The notes under the pieces were generated by a model. It ran no database searches. It saw only the letters and a list, made by a program, of their open reading frames with translations, and had not been told where the DNA came from. Of a stretch of DNA of 64,000 nt, positions 24,501-37,224 are shown in pieces. This DNA comes from Perna viridis. Its lineage: Eukaryota. Position numbers and translations under genes: made by a program. Within the stretch, counting starts at the first letter, position 1. Each line of letters begins with the position of its first letter. The stretch lies in contig CM074517.1 in the NCBI GenBank assembly GCA_037379345.1, positions 10,788,001 through 10,852,000 of the forward strand. The letters are read 5' to 3'.

Positions 24501-27500
24501 ATTTTAAATTGCCACAAATAGGTCCCTTTATTACAAGGAAACTGTGTTTAGCATGAAAATAGTGGTGAAATCAAGATGATATTCAGAAATGCAAAAATAA
24601 GTATCTACGAAAATAAAATGGTATACAGTAATTTCAATTCAAATTAATTTAATGTGTTTGTATCAATAGGAATTTTTGACATTCATATACCATATTGGAG
24701 GTTATTTTCACAGGTGTAAAATTTTGCAATTTTCAGGCAAAATGGTATTCAAAATTTTTTGTGTTTCTAATTTTGGCAGATGCTAAGTGGTGAATTAAGT
24801 TCTTAAGCCATTAGTCAATATTTTGCAAAATTTATTTTGATGTTTTTTTGCCAGACCCCTCAAATAGTATGATAAGCACCCCATGAAAATAACCCACTAT
24901 ACCATATTACATATTACATTATTGTATACAAATAAATACTTTACACAATTAGCTTGCAAATCATAGAAAATAAAATTAATGAGCCACTGACTGATTTCAG
25001 TTTGGATTTTATTGAAATATAGTAGGATGGTTTGACAAATCACATAATTGTTCAATGAACAAATTTTGTGAGAGTTAAGGGACTTAGATGTCCATGTTTC
25101 TCATTTATCTAGTAGATGGGGACAGATGGCTACACGTGGCAATTGTATACACTACAGTACTGATAAAATGGAAATACAGTAACAGTAGTCAGAATATACC
25201 ATAGCAGTTGAATCATGAAATGTTATACCTACATCAGACATGAATTTACTCTGCTGTCAAAGAAAAAAAAATGAAATCTGCAATCAGAAGGGCTGAACAG
25301 ACTATACAAGAACCGTAACAGATAAATCCTAATGAAAAAAGTAGAATTCTGTTTTAAAATGAAAAAAAGTTCCTGTCTGATATTAGCTATATACCTTTCC
25401 GGGTTCCAATTCCTCTGCATCATAGACTTCTGACTCATGTACAACCTTACCAGGCCATGAAGGGAAACCACGAATCTGTCCCCACACCAAATCTCCTATG
25501 TTGAAGTCATGAATGCCTTTAATCTCAAGGGAATCCAGTAGTTCATCTAAAACAGCAAAGACAATGCTATCAATGTGGCAACTCTAATTTACCCTGAATT
25601 TATCTTGCCAGTAACCAGCATAAATGCATAACCTGCTTCCCAAAGTACATGTGAAATGTAATATGATTCAAAATACTGGTCCATGTTAATGACCCGCAAG
25701 ATGTAAACAAAGTTTTTTTTTTCAACTTCTTTTTTATATTTTCAGGTAAACCAACCAGCAACAAGAAATCAGAATGAATACCAAAATGGCTAAAATTATC
25801 ATTAGAATCATTTGACATAAGGTTGTAACTGGATCTTTAAATGAAATATATTCAAACCAGTTGCACCTGCCACTCAAATGTATACATACATGTACATATA
25901 TATTAAACACTCCAAGCCTTTATAGAACATTTACATATTAGAACAATAGATTAATATCAAAAGAAAGTACCAGTAATGCTTACTGCAAATATGTGTGTAA
26001 GTATCCCATATATTTTATATGACAAATGAACTTTTTCTGTCAATACAAATATACTTTATCATGTACATGTATTTCTCTATTCAAATCATTATCTTTTATC
26101 AAACAACACGGTTTCCACTTACCATCTATATCTTCTCCATGTTTCCTTTTCTGTGCAAGTTCCTTGACTGCCTTTCTTGTTTTAACGGCTGGTATGTCTG
26201 CAGTTTGATCCACTTTACTTATTAATGACTTACTGGATTCTGGAATGCATTCATTACTTGATGACAGATGTTTATGTTTGGTCTCTACACTACTACTACT
26301 TATACAAGAGTTATCTTCTCTTGAAAAATTCACCGGTTCATTGTTTGTATGGCACACATCTACAGACAAGTCTACACCGCTATCATCAATAGCACCATTA
26401 TCAACAGCAGCACCAGAGTTGTCTACCCTTTGTGATATGCTAGTATTAACAATAGTCTCAGTCTGTGAACACGAACTTTCTTCGTTGTCAGCTGAAACAC
26501 TACACGTAGTATCAGCTATACCACCACCTTCAAATTCATTTTCTATCATTTCTTGATCAACATAATCAGCACTGTCCTCATCGAAGTCTGTCGATGTTCC
26601 TTTGTCTTCTGAACTTCCTTGTCCATCGTCTCCATTTCCAGGACTTTCCTGACAAGTAGTGGACACAATAGATACCATGGTTTCTGGAGTAGCTTTTCCT
26701 GGCACAGAATTTTCCCTTGTTGTCATTGCATCATCTCTGCTATTTGCAACTGTTGTTATAGGAACACTGTTACCTTGGAGACTAAACTGACTGATTAAAG
26801 ACTGCATGTCTTGTAGTTGTTGGATTTGTTGTAACAACTGTTGTTGCAGCTGAAGTGTATGCAGCTGCATAGCAGTCAAATTTCCAGAATTATTCCAGAT
26901 TTGTTGTTGAATATTCATCACATTAAATGGTGCTCCCATATTGGGCATATTGACTTGCATTTGTCCATTCATCATTTGCAAATCAGGAGGATTGCACAAC
27001 TGTTGCAGATTATTTTTATCCTGTCCCATGTTGACTGGTACAGGATTTGTACCAAGGTACTGCAACAACGGCATCTGTAAGTTGGGCATTAGAAGCATCT
27101 GTCCATTAGCAACATTAGATGACTGACTTTGTTGTTGCTGTACTGGGTCTAAGCATGGCATCTGTAATTTAGGAATGTTCACCAAGTCATTACCAGGCAC
27201 GGCTGACTTAAGATTTTGAGATTCAGACTGGTGACCTTTAGTAATCAGCTGTTGATTGATATTAGATCCTGTTGGTACCCCTTGTAAACCTTGATTATTG
27301 TCTACACTGACCAATGACTGACCAGGTACTGGAATGTACTGCAAGTTATTCTGAGCTATTCCAGCAGACTCAGGCATCACTTGGCTTCCAGGAAGTACAT
27401 TAATTCCTAAGTTATTTGCTACTATGTTAAGAAGTGGCTGCCCAAGGTTTGGTGGTAATGCTGAAAGATTTGGTAGTATATTTTGAAAACTGCTTTGAAC

Positions 27501-30500
27501 ACTTGATACTGGTATATTTTGCTGACCATTTGAACTAGTAGACGGTATTGTAGTCACAGAATTGACAGTTTTTGATACAGAACTTAATACTGTTGATGTA
27601 ACAGGTGCACTTTCAGATGATTTACTAATAGTGGTTCCTTTATTTAACGAGTTAGTTATGTTCAAATTGACAGGCTGTCTTAAAAGCTTGGCAACAGATT
27701 CATGTCCAGATACAATATCACTCATTGTAAATGGAGTAACACTTCCTGTTGATTTCACAGAGCTTGAAACTACAATGTTAGGCTGTGAGACTAGGAGAGC
27801 AGTCTTTTCAGAAGGTGCTACTGAAACACTGTCAGAATTGCTTGGTTTAATTGGATTAACATAGGAAATTTGATTCTGTGTTGATTGTGAAATCATTGGA
27901 TAATTCAAAGTCTGATTAGCCATTTGAGCTCTAGCTGCTGCAGATAACAAAGTACTTGCAGGGAATTCATTTGATTTAGCATTGCTTAATACTTGCTGTA
28001 TTGCACTTCTACTTGGAAATGTTTTAGATACTGGTTGTGGGGACTGTAAACTAGAGATCCCTTTTTGAGGAGAGATCTTTTTCTTCGTTGATCCAACAGT
28101 ACATGGAGGCAAAAATCCTTTCCTTGCATTTGACAATATATCTAATATTTTATTGTTTTGTAATGCAGTCTTATCTAATTGAGATTCCATTTTTTTCTCT
28201 ACCAATAGGTTAGAAGCAGTGTGATGTACTACTGAACTAGGAGTAATAGTTTCATTAGCTGACGGACATTCATATCCAGAGTCAGGTGATAATGATTCAC
28301 AGCGATCCTCTGTGAACATTTCTGATTCGGCACATCCTAGAATTGAATGAGATTCATCTCCCCAAGATTTACTACTAAAAGACTGCCCTACTTTAGAAAG
28401 GTTTGCACTACTGTTCACAACCATTCCATGAGAAGCAGTACTTAATGCAAAAGGAATAGGGAGAGTAGTTGAAGCTCTACTTCCTGTGGTAGACGACACA
28501 GGTGATGATTTGAGATCCCCATCGACTGTATCATTTTTGTCCTTTACACCAACAGCCTTATGCGAATCTTTTGTAGGACTTGACAAATTTGTTGATAAAG
28601 AACTACTGATTAGAACACTTTGTTCAGCAAGAAAAGCTGTAGGGTCATCCAGAAAAGATGGAGAAACTTTAGGAATCGGTCCTTTGCCATGATCCTGAAG
28701 CAGACTAACATCAACATTTGGAGGCGGTGTATCACTGTCAAATACATTGTTTACTTTTGTCTTGGTATTTTCTTTCTTACTAGACTTTGGCGATTTTTTG
28801 GGTTTCTTTGGATCTAACCATTTGTCATTTAACAGTGAATATGGGTCTATGTTGAACATGCCTGGTGTCATAAACTGTCCTGAATATGGATTCAAGTCAT
28901 ATGGATTAAATTCTGAGCCCGAGACAGGTGGCAGGTGACTCAAAGGGTATCGTGGCATCTGAAAAACTGGAAAAGAGTCATAAGTTCCTGGAGGTTTAGG
29001 TGATTTGGGAGATTTCTGTAATGAGTGCCCCTTATGTTGCTTCGGAGACTTAGGTGACTTTTTTCTGTCACTTGAATCATGGCTCCTTACTGCATTAATG
29101 CTTGATAAAATTGATGTAACAATGGTGCTTGCAACTGAGATTTTTAAATCATGGTTTTCACCTTTAGTCACTTGTTTACTACTGTCTACAAAACTTGATG
29201 TGGAAACATGAACAGAATTTGATGAAGTGGTTACTGTAGATAATGAGGTTACTAGGCTTGAAGTAATAGATGAAATACTAGTCAAAGTTTGTGTAGAACT
29301 ATTTGCTACCACTGATAAACTGCTTGTTACAGGCAAAGCTGCATTGACAGTTTTACCAGGACTCGGCAAAGGATTAGTTATAGGTGGCAATGAACTACCA
29401 CCTGGGCGATCATTTGGCAAAGTCAATGGAGTGGAGGCAGACTCATTTCTATTCAACTCCTCTGATTTGTCTTTTTCAACACTGGATGGTATTGTCTTCG
29501 AACTTGTGCTTAAATCAATTGCATTTGTTGACTCCGACCCAGTAGAAACATTTTCACTGTCCAGTAATGGTTTAATTTCTACTTTTGTTTCAGTTGTATC
29601 ATTTTGATTGTCTTTTTTAGGTTCAGATTTGTCCACCTTGTCTCCTCCTTTATCTGCGGAATCCATTCCAGAATCATGTCCTTTAGTTTCAATATTTTCT
29701 GATACATCATCAGTTGATAAACAAATTTTATCTGATTTAGATTTATTCACACATTTTACATTATCTACTTCCACATTTTCTTGGTTCTTATCACTTGGCT
29801 GAGATTCCTGCTCCATAGACATTTCTATCTGACTTGGTTCAGATACTATCTTTTGCTCCTCTTTTGATACAGAGTCAGTTTCCATACTGAGAACCTTACA
29901 AGTCTCTGATTCAGCATCATTCACTAATTTAGATACATCTGAGGCCAGCCCAGATTTATCTCCCATTGTTAGGTTATTTTGTGACTTAGTGAATTCAGCC
30001 TCTGATTCATTCACTTGATGTGGTTCTTGTTTTTTATCATTAGTTTCCATGACTACAGACATATCCTCTAATTCTGAAGGACTGTCCTTATTATTGTTTT
30101 TAGACAAATCATGAGATAAAGTGTCAGTGCTGGTTGAGTTGACATTTGAACTTGTGATATTCATTAAACCTGATGGACCACTTACACGCCCATGTGAGAT
30201 AGATTTTGTAGTGTTTGGTTGAGCTATGGTGTTCCTACTTAAACATACTGTGGAATCAGATTGTAATGACTTTGGTTGAGTAATGCTGGTTGGCATACTT
30301 TGAGACACCTTGGATGCACTTCCCAACTTTTCTTTCCTTTCTTGTTCCTTCATTAAATCAGAAACCAAAATACCACCAACTGGAACAGATTTGGACCCTG
30401 TGGGTCTGCTGGTCTTCTTCAAATCTGAAAAATTAACCTGACAATTACTGTTATACCATAATAATTTATGTAAATGTATTTAAAATGATGGACAATATTG

Positions 30501-33500
30501 GGGAAAGAAGGGAGTATAGCTTTGCAAAAAAATACAGGAGGGATCTGGCATCCTTGTTGGTCACTAGACACTAAGAAGATATAAGGCAGGAATATTTATA
30601 AACAATGATGAAATCTAATTCATTATTTTTATTAATTCCTTACTGATCCATATAACTGGCAGTACCACAAACTTTCAATATTCTTTCATTAATGCACTGT
30701 TGCCAAATGAGCCAAAAAATGTTGATATAGATTTAACTACATGGAAACCTGTCTTAACCTAACACAGGATAAACCTGTAAACTGTGAAAGCCAGACATTG
30801 TCTGATACCCATTCATATCAGTTTTAATACTTTTTGAACGTGTGCAAACTGAACACCTGCCCTACCAGTGCACCTGGTGCATGCTTTAAGTTTTAGTGGA
30901 TTCCAAGTTATTTATTTTTGTTTCTTAGTATATATTATTTTGGTTATTTTATGTTCTTTGTTGGGTGTGTCTGTTTTCCCTGTCTAGTCTTTCTCCCTGG
31001 ACAGCATTCTTTCGATTTCTGCTAGAATCTTGATTCCCTTGACTACTCTGCTGAACAAGTCTTTCAGTCTAAAAGGTTTAGACAAGTTTCACTGTATATT
31101 TAATTTGACTTTATTTCTGTTGCTGTTGTATAATGGAAAGATTATGATATAATGTGCAATATCTAAAGTATTGTAATACTCCACATTATATTAGAAACAT
31201 TTCAGGATATTTAAACTACAATGGCTTATCCTGTAAAGGCTTTCAGTGTAAAGCCAGACAATAATATGTCTGTGTATATTTTTGCTAGCCTATCTACCTT
31301 GAATGTTTTGTGCCTACCTTAACATTTTATGGTAAAATCAAGATTGTTTTCCCATTAACTCAATGTAAAATGGTTTTGAAAAATAAAATAATTTCATTAC
31401 CTACATACCCTATTTTTTTTCTTGCTGGAAGCAGGAAACACAACTACTGGTATTTTTTTTTTGCATAATAATGACTTATTATGCAATATTTCCTATATTG
31501 TACACTTGACTACATCATAACTTTTTTACTGCCTTTATTTTTAAATGAACTTCTAAAATTATTTTGAAAGAACAGGCTGAGCTGATATTAACATGCAATG
31601 TACATTTAATGCCATTCCAATTGGATACCAGTATAGACTTGTATTAGTTTAAACATATTTTATTGCTAAAATTTACAGGCAAATGGATTGGACATAAGTT
31701 ATAACAACTTACAAATGTCCTTTCCACATAATCAATTATAAATATTTTGTGAACATACGTCAGCAATAAAACATAATATACAATGTAAACAACTAATTGT
31801 GACAAAACTGAATCAAGAACAGTATATATGTTATCATATGTGATGAACTTGTCATTTCAATATATGTGGCAATAGTTATCTGAACTAAAAAAAAAATGAG
31901 TATAAAAGAGAGAAAATATGGGAAGTATTAACAGGATGAAGTTAAATTGCTTGCTGTGATCATCCTATGTCAAAACGCTTTGATTGTTTGATGAATAATT
32001 GAACTGATTTAAATATACCTTTGTTTAAATCATCAGATAAGGTTTCATTTCCAAAAAGCAAAGTTTCGATTGTTAATTCTGGTAAAAAGGCAGTATTATT
32101 TTTCAATAGTTCTTGTGTGTCTAAATATAATGGGCATTCCAAAAGGTAATGTATATCATTTTCAACCACCCAGCTGCAGACACAACCCGGATCATTTACA
32201 TGCATTTACATAGATCAATGTCATTAAAAAATCAAAATAATCAATGAAGACTTTAATAACACAACATACATGTACCTGTAAATGTAAGTGTGACACTTCT
32301 TATTGATCATATCTATAAATGATAAAACATAACTGTGACATCTGTTTATATGATTTGTTTTTAATCCTTGTGATTCCTGTTTTTCTACTGAATTGTAAAT
32401 TCATAGCATTTATATGAAATATACAAACTACTGGAAACTTTTAGTGCACACAAACCTGTTTTTGTTTTAGCTGAAGTAGATGCAGAAGGTATACCACCAC
32501 TCACAGAATTGACAGACACTGTATCTGACAACTGGGATGATGACACAGAAAAATTGGAATGGAATGCAGCCATGGCCATCATTTTCCGCTTGTGGTTACA
32601 CAATTTGGTCAAATCTTGTGGACAGTCTACATCTAGTGTCCACATTCGAGAGAGGATTCCAACATCAAAATTAAACACCTTGTTGATGTAGACAGGACAT
32701 TCTAATCCACATTTACAACTGCCATCAGTTGTCAGGTATTTAGCTATTTCCATTGGTGTCTTTAGTGCTACATTAGTGGGGCTGCAAAATGAAGTTCACT
32801 TTAATATACAGGGATGTCATTAGAAGCCGGCAGCCGGCAAAAATCGCAGGCTACTCTTTCAAACGTCGCCGGCTACTTTCGTACCCCACAAAAATAAAAT
32901 TCATGAAATATTCTTCAAGACCCTCTTTATATAATATACTGACAATATTCATCCACAAATATTAAAGATTGCATTTGAATGACGCATCGGTGTGACTTTA
33001 ATGCATTGTTCGGTTGCTAAAATAAATAGTCCGCGTTTTTTCCCTGTTTCTAAATATAGACTTTCTTATTTTTACCGAACTAAAAATACTTCGTTTCCAG
33101 TCAGCAAAAAACAACATGTCGGGCCGTAAAAGGTCAAAGCCTGTGACACAGGGACAATCATCTATCTGTAGTTTTTTGTCACCAGGGCCAGCTAAGGCCA
33201 AAAAGACAGACAGTGACAATGGTAGATATAAATTAACAATCATATTATCAATGATATTTAATATCTTATTTTAATTCGATAAAATACTAGCAAGGTCATT
33301 GGGTATGACAAGTGCCATTTTTGTCAAAACAAAATTTTCAACAAGATTGGATCGATTGATGGTTCAAGCGTGTAATGAGAGAAAAGATTGATATGGGAGT
33401 GGTTAATTATGCTAGTTAGCAAAACAATTTAGAAAAAAAAATTATTAAAAGCTCAAATTATTTATAATTAGTTTGTGTTTTTAGATACTTGTCATGGATT

Positions 33501-35993
33501 CGTAACTTGTCTATTTGATTTTCCCCTTTGATTTTGCTCCTTGGACTTTGTTCCCATTGGATTCTGACTTTGTTGTCACTTGTCTTAAGTGGAAAAAAGA
33601 AGGGTCTATGCAATGGGGAACTTTTCAATAATAAACAATTTGTTCAAAATTTAAAAAAAATATCACATTTTTTAGGTTTAACTAACAGAAACTTGTATAA
33701 AAATTGTAATCTTATTGTCCTGTACAATGGCCCAGGAGAGCCCTAGAATGCAGGATATTGCACCATTTACCCCAGACCCCCTGCCGTAATGGGCGGGTTC
33801 GCCGCCTACTTTATCTAATTGGCCAGCTACTTCAAAAACTTAGTGACATCACTGATATAATATACCAAACTATCTTTTTCAAGTACATTTACACAATATG
33901 TTTAAGTGTAATAGTTTCAAGACTTTTCACAGGACCAAAATTTGTGCATTAAATTGTAGTATGTTTGATCTGAGGCCATTGAAGCTTTTTGTAACAAGCC
34001 AGTGTAGTTGTTTAGAACTGCTTACTGTGAAACAAAAACATACATGGTTTCAAGAGAGGAGGGTCTAGGACTTTTCCAAGTTTCAAATCAATGGTCCACA
34101 ATAAAGAGTTGAAGATCTAGGCCCCTGGTGAATGAAATTCAATAGGTACTAATTCAATAATATAGGGTCCCTGGACCTTGGACCATTAGTAACTTAATCC
34201 CCTGAATTTAATTTTCACAAATAGGGAGAATACACATTTGTAACATTGTTCATGTCTTACCACTTATCAAGCCACTGTTAACATAACCAATAGAAGCAAA
34301 TCCTGAGGTGATAACATAGTAATTCTTTGATTAATAACAAATAGGAACATGTATATGTAGATACACAAAGCACATGTACATGTAAGATGTTATTCAAACC
34401 AGTTTCTAGAACTATATGTACATGTGGTATAAAAAAAAGTTTGAATATTTCTTTGAGTGACTCAGTCTATACTGGTGATTTGTTCAAGTTATAGGCTCTT
34501 TTAAGAAAATTGGAATTATGTAGTTGGTAAAACTGTCTTAAATTTTTTTGGTTTTCATACTTTTCTTTTAAACAGTACCTATTTAATAAGTGTGACAGTA
34601 AATAAAAAAAAAAAAAACATTACAAGTACCTGTAGTAGATTATGGCATTATCTACAACAACTCTACTCCAACCAAATGGAACTACACAAGTCCTAGAGTC
34701 TTCAATTGAAGTAGATTTTGGTTGAACTCTAGAAACATTTGAATAGCTTGGTGATGTCTTTGCTTTCTTGGTACTTCGAGAATGACTCACTGTTGGTGTT
34801 GTCATAGAAACTGGTGCCACATGTGAAGAATGTTGTGATACATTTCTACTCATCTGCAGTTTTGGTTCACCATGAATGTTTACAAGATGTGGATTGCTAG
34901 ACATTGTTGTAACAACAGAAGAAGTCACCTGACTTGTAGAGACGCTTGTTGGCAGGAAAACATGGTTCCCTACTGTACCAGTAGCACTCATATGTCCACC
35001 ATATGGAGAAACAAAGTTGTTAAATGAAGGTAACGCCTGACCATGCAACATATTTCCAATAGAAGGTAAAACCTGGCCAGTTGATGTTGTCATAAGCTGG
35101 TTTATTGGTGGTAACATTTGGTTACCAGTAACACCAACTATGTTATTCACACCAGCCACATAGTTAGTGTTTATGTTCATACGAGGTGTAGTCATGACTT
35201 GTGGTAGCATATCACTGCCAATAATTTGCCCAGCAGGTAAACGATTTGGTACAGGACTAAACATTGGTTGAGTGTTAGTATAAATTTGCTGAGGTGCAGG
35301 CTGTCCAGTAAATACCTGTTGCTGTTGAATTGTAGATCCAAAGAACTGCTGTGATGGCTGAGTTGGAGAGAAAAATTGAGCAGTAGGCTGATTATTGACA
35401 AGTATTTGCTGTGGAGAATGTTGATTTGTTGTAAACATCTGTTGCTGTGGTGACATCTGGGCAGCTGGAAAAAACTGTGTGGAATGTTGTCCTGGAGAGA
35501 AAACCTGTTGTGGTGATTGTTGGCTTACTGGGAAAATTTGTTGCTGTGGTGATGTTTGGGTTCCAATTAATGTCTGCTGAGGCTGATTCTGATACTGCTG
35601 AGGAAGCAAGAAATGACCGAAACTTGGTAATGTACTATTGTTTTGAGATGATCCAGTCCAATTTTCAACTCCACTTTTACCCACATTTTGCACAATGCCA
35701 ACTTGTTGAGATGGTTGATTTAGACTTGCAATGAAGGATCCCATAGAAGGCAGGGGTCCAGATCCATTTGAGCTACCTAATGATAGGAAACCACTGACAG
35801 GCAATCCAGTCTGCAGGTTAGTGACAACAGCTCCTTGAGCTTGAGGCATGACATTATACCCTGGTACAAATGTGTTGACCTGTTGTCCCACAACATTTTG
35901 CATCTGTGGCATTCGTGGGAACTGGTAGCTAATATCAGGCTGGGTGATGTTTTGTTGGACCCCTTGACCTGTATTCTGCAGGTTAGGATCCAT
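21445..35993 (-). CDS. MBD5: Methyl-CpG-binding domain protein 5-like (MBD + PWWP), spliced; exons 35993-34630, 32781-32456, 30424-26123, 25546-25395, 24400-24288, 21568-21445 (6381 nt, 2126 aa)
   Basis: [21 protein letters not shown]|PTNVAL...[15 protein letters not shown]; conserved [14 protein letters not shown]; [23 protein letters not shown]...WVKWFGD; C-terminal [19 protein letters not shown]. Phases 2,1,1,0,2 are consistent. Confidence 0.93.
22461..22979. mobile_element. hAT-type MITE in an MBD5 intron
   Basis: Perfect 8-bp TSD gcattttt (22453-22460 and 22980-22987); CAGGG start and degenerate CCCG end. Confidence 0.7.
23187..23812. repeat. 69-bp minisatellite, about 9 copies
   Basis: Unit cattataccctgattctttagagtgagggtgatattacaatcaccttgtacatctgtttgtctgttaca. 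Confidence 0.95.
23929..24290. repeat. 121-bp tandem repeat, 3 copies, abutting the exon 5 donor
   Basis: Copies start at 23929, 24050 and 24171 and are nearly identical. Confidence 0.95.
24288..24400 (-). CDS. MBD5: MBD5-like exon 5 (PWWP C-half)
   Basis: [27 protein letters not shown]; flanked by tttacag and gttagt. Confidence 0.9.
25395..25546 (-). CDS. MBD5: MBD5-like exon 4 (PWWP N-half)
   Basis: [22 protein letters not shown]; lies in a different frame from the listed ORF. Confidence 0.9.
26123..30424 (-). CDS. MBD5: MBD5-like giant exon 3 (4302 nt, low-complexity)
   Basis: 1460-aa ORF bounded by a tttcag acceptor (30425) and a G|GTAAGT donor (26122). Confidence 0.9.
30738..31096. 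mobile_element. Tc1/mariner-like MITE with a nested Penelope-like 3' tail (about 30855-31048)
   Basis: Ends taca..gaaacctgtc / gacaagtttcactgta. The insert matches 37733-37927 (ccctaccagtgcacctggt...ttcccttga.tactc). Confidence 0.65.
31648..32205 (-). mobile_element. CR1-like LINE 3' fragment
   Basis: CVC...[12 protein letters not shown]...[25 protein letters not shown]-terminal knuckle, followed by a 3' UTR with AATAAA near 31660. Confidence 0.75.
32456..32781 (-). CDS. MBD5: MBD5-like exon 2 (rest of the MBD)
   Basis: [39 protein letters not shown]...[10 protein letters not shown]. Confidence 0.92.
32809..33854. mobile_element. hAT-like non-autonomous element
   Basis: Inverted termini cagggatgtcatta / tagtgacatcactg. 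No clear TSD. Confidence 0.65.
34630..35993 (-). CDS. MBD5: MBD5-like first coding exon (Q/P-rich N-terminus and start of the MBD)
   Basis: 457-aa ORF; acceptor at 36114; donor GT at 34629. Confidence 0.9.
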
Positions 35994-37224
35994 GTTTAGT
36001 GACCTGATGGTTATCCAGTATCAATACAATACTCCATCATAAAAAGTCTCTTGAGATCTACTTTCCTTTTACTTCATTGACTGAATTTTCTACTCTTCCT
36101 AGATTTTCTTCACCTAAAAATAGAAAGATACATGTATAGTCTTTCGACAACAAGAAAGGAGCATGTACTGTCCATAAATATATGAAAGTCTGAAACTCAC
36201 ATATGTCTGATTGATCAGATTCAATTTCATGCAAGATGATAAGAATTTACATTTGAGCAATGAGCTCAGATCAAAAGATTAATAATGATTTCTTCACATC
36301 AATACATGGTCTACCATGGGCTGCAAAATGAAAATGAAATGACATAATTGTCGTCCTCACTTTCAACAAAACTCATTAAGTCTTTTATCTGGGTATGGAA
36401 AAGGATCGTTTCTAAAACTATAACAAAGCTCACTAACAGATACCCTGCTTCCTACCTTAGGAATCATATGGTAAAAATAAAAAGGTTTCTGTAAAAATAT
36501 CAAGTGGCTGTGATTGGTAGATGCAAAGAAAACTGTAGCGAAAAAGTTGTACATGGACCAATGGATTGATGGACACCATGGACAGCCAGGACATATAAAC
36601 AACAGCCAACTTGAGCAGATCAAACATCTCATATGTGACTTATAAGTTTCTAGGACAATAGGTATACTTGCCTACTAAGTATCAGCTCAACATCTGCACA
36701 CATTAAAGGAAAATTTTCCAAAAAATATTTATGAAAGTCCTAAAAACTCATTTCATCAAAAATCAATCATGAAACAGGACTAAGCTATTACCTTCATTCT
36801 TGTACATGTATGTAACTTGAAGATATTAACTTTATTCTTGCACATGTATATAACTCGTTACTTCTCACTCGTAAACCAAAACTCATCTGGAAACATAATA
36901 AAAAGCCTGGAAAGGGTTTTATCTTTGTGAAATTAACTAACTCCAAGGCCCATGACTTAGTCCAAAATTATAAAAAGTGAAGCCTTTAAGGTAAACATAA
37001 TCTGTAACCAATAATACATCCAACAATAAAAAAAAGTTTTAAAGTGTACCATGGACAGACTTAAAAACATAGACAAGAGTGCAAGCCAATCATGTCACCA
37101 CCTTAAAAGTTACCTGAAATTTTGGTTCAGTATTAATCAAGAGTTTGCACAAGTGTGACAGACTGGCAGATGGACTGGGAAAAAAACAAAAGGCCTCCAA
37201 AATGTGGGGAGCATAATTAAACTG

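Noticed and set aside
26019-29802. Many plus-strand ORFs overlapping the 1460-aa ORF
   Set aside because: They are antisense shadows of the MBD5 giant exon, with no recognisable domains.
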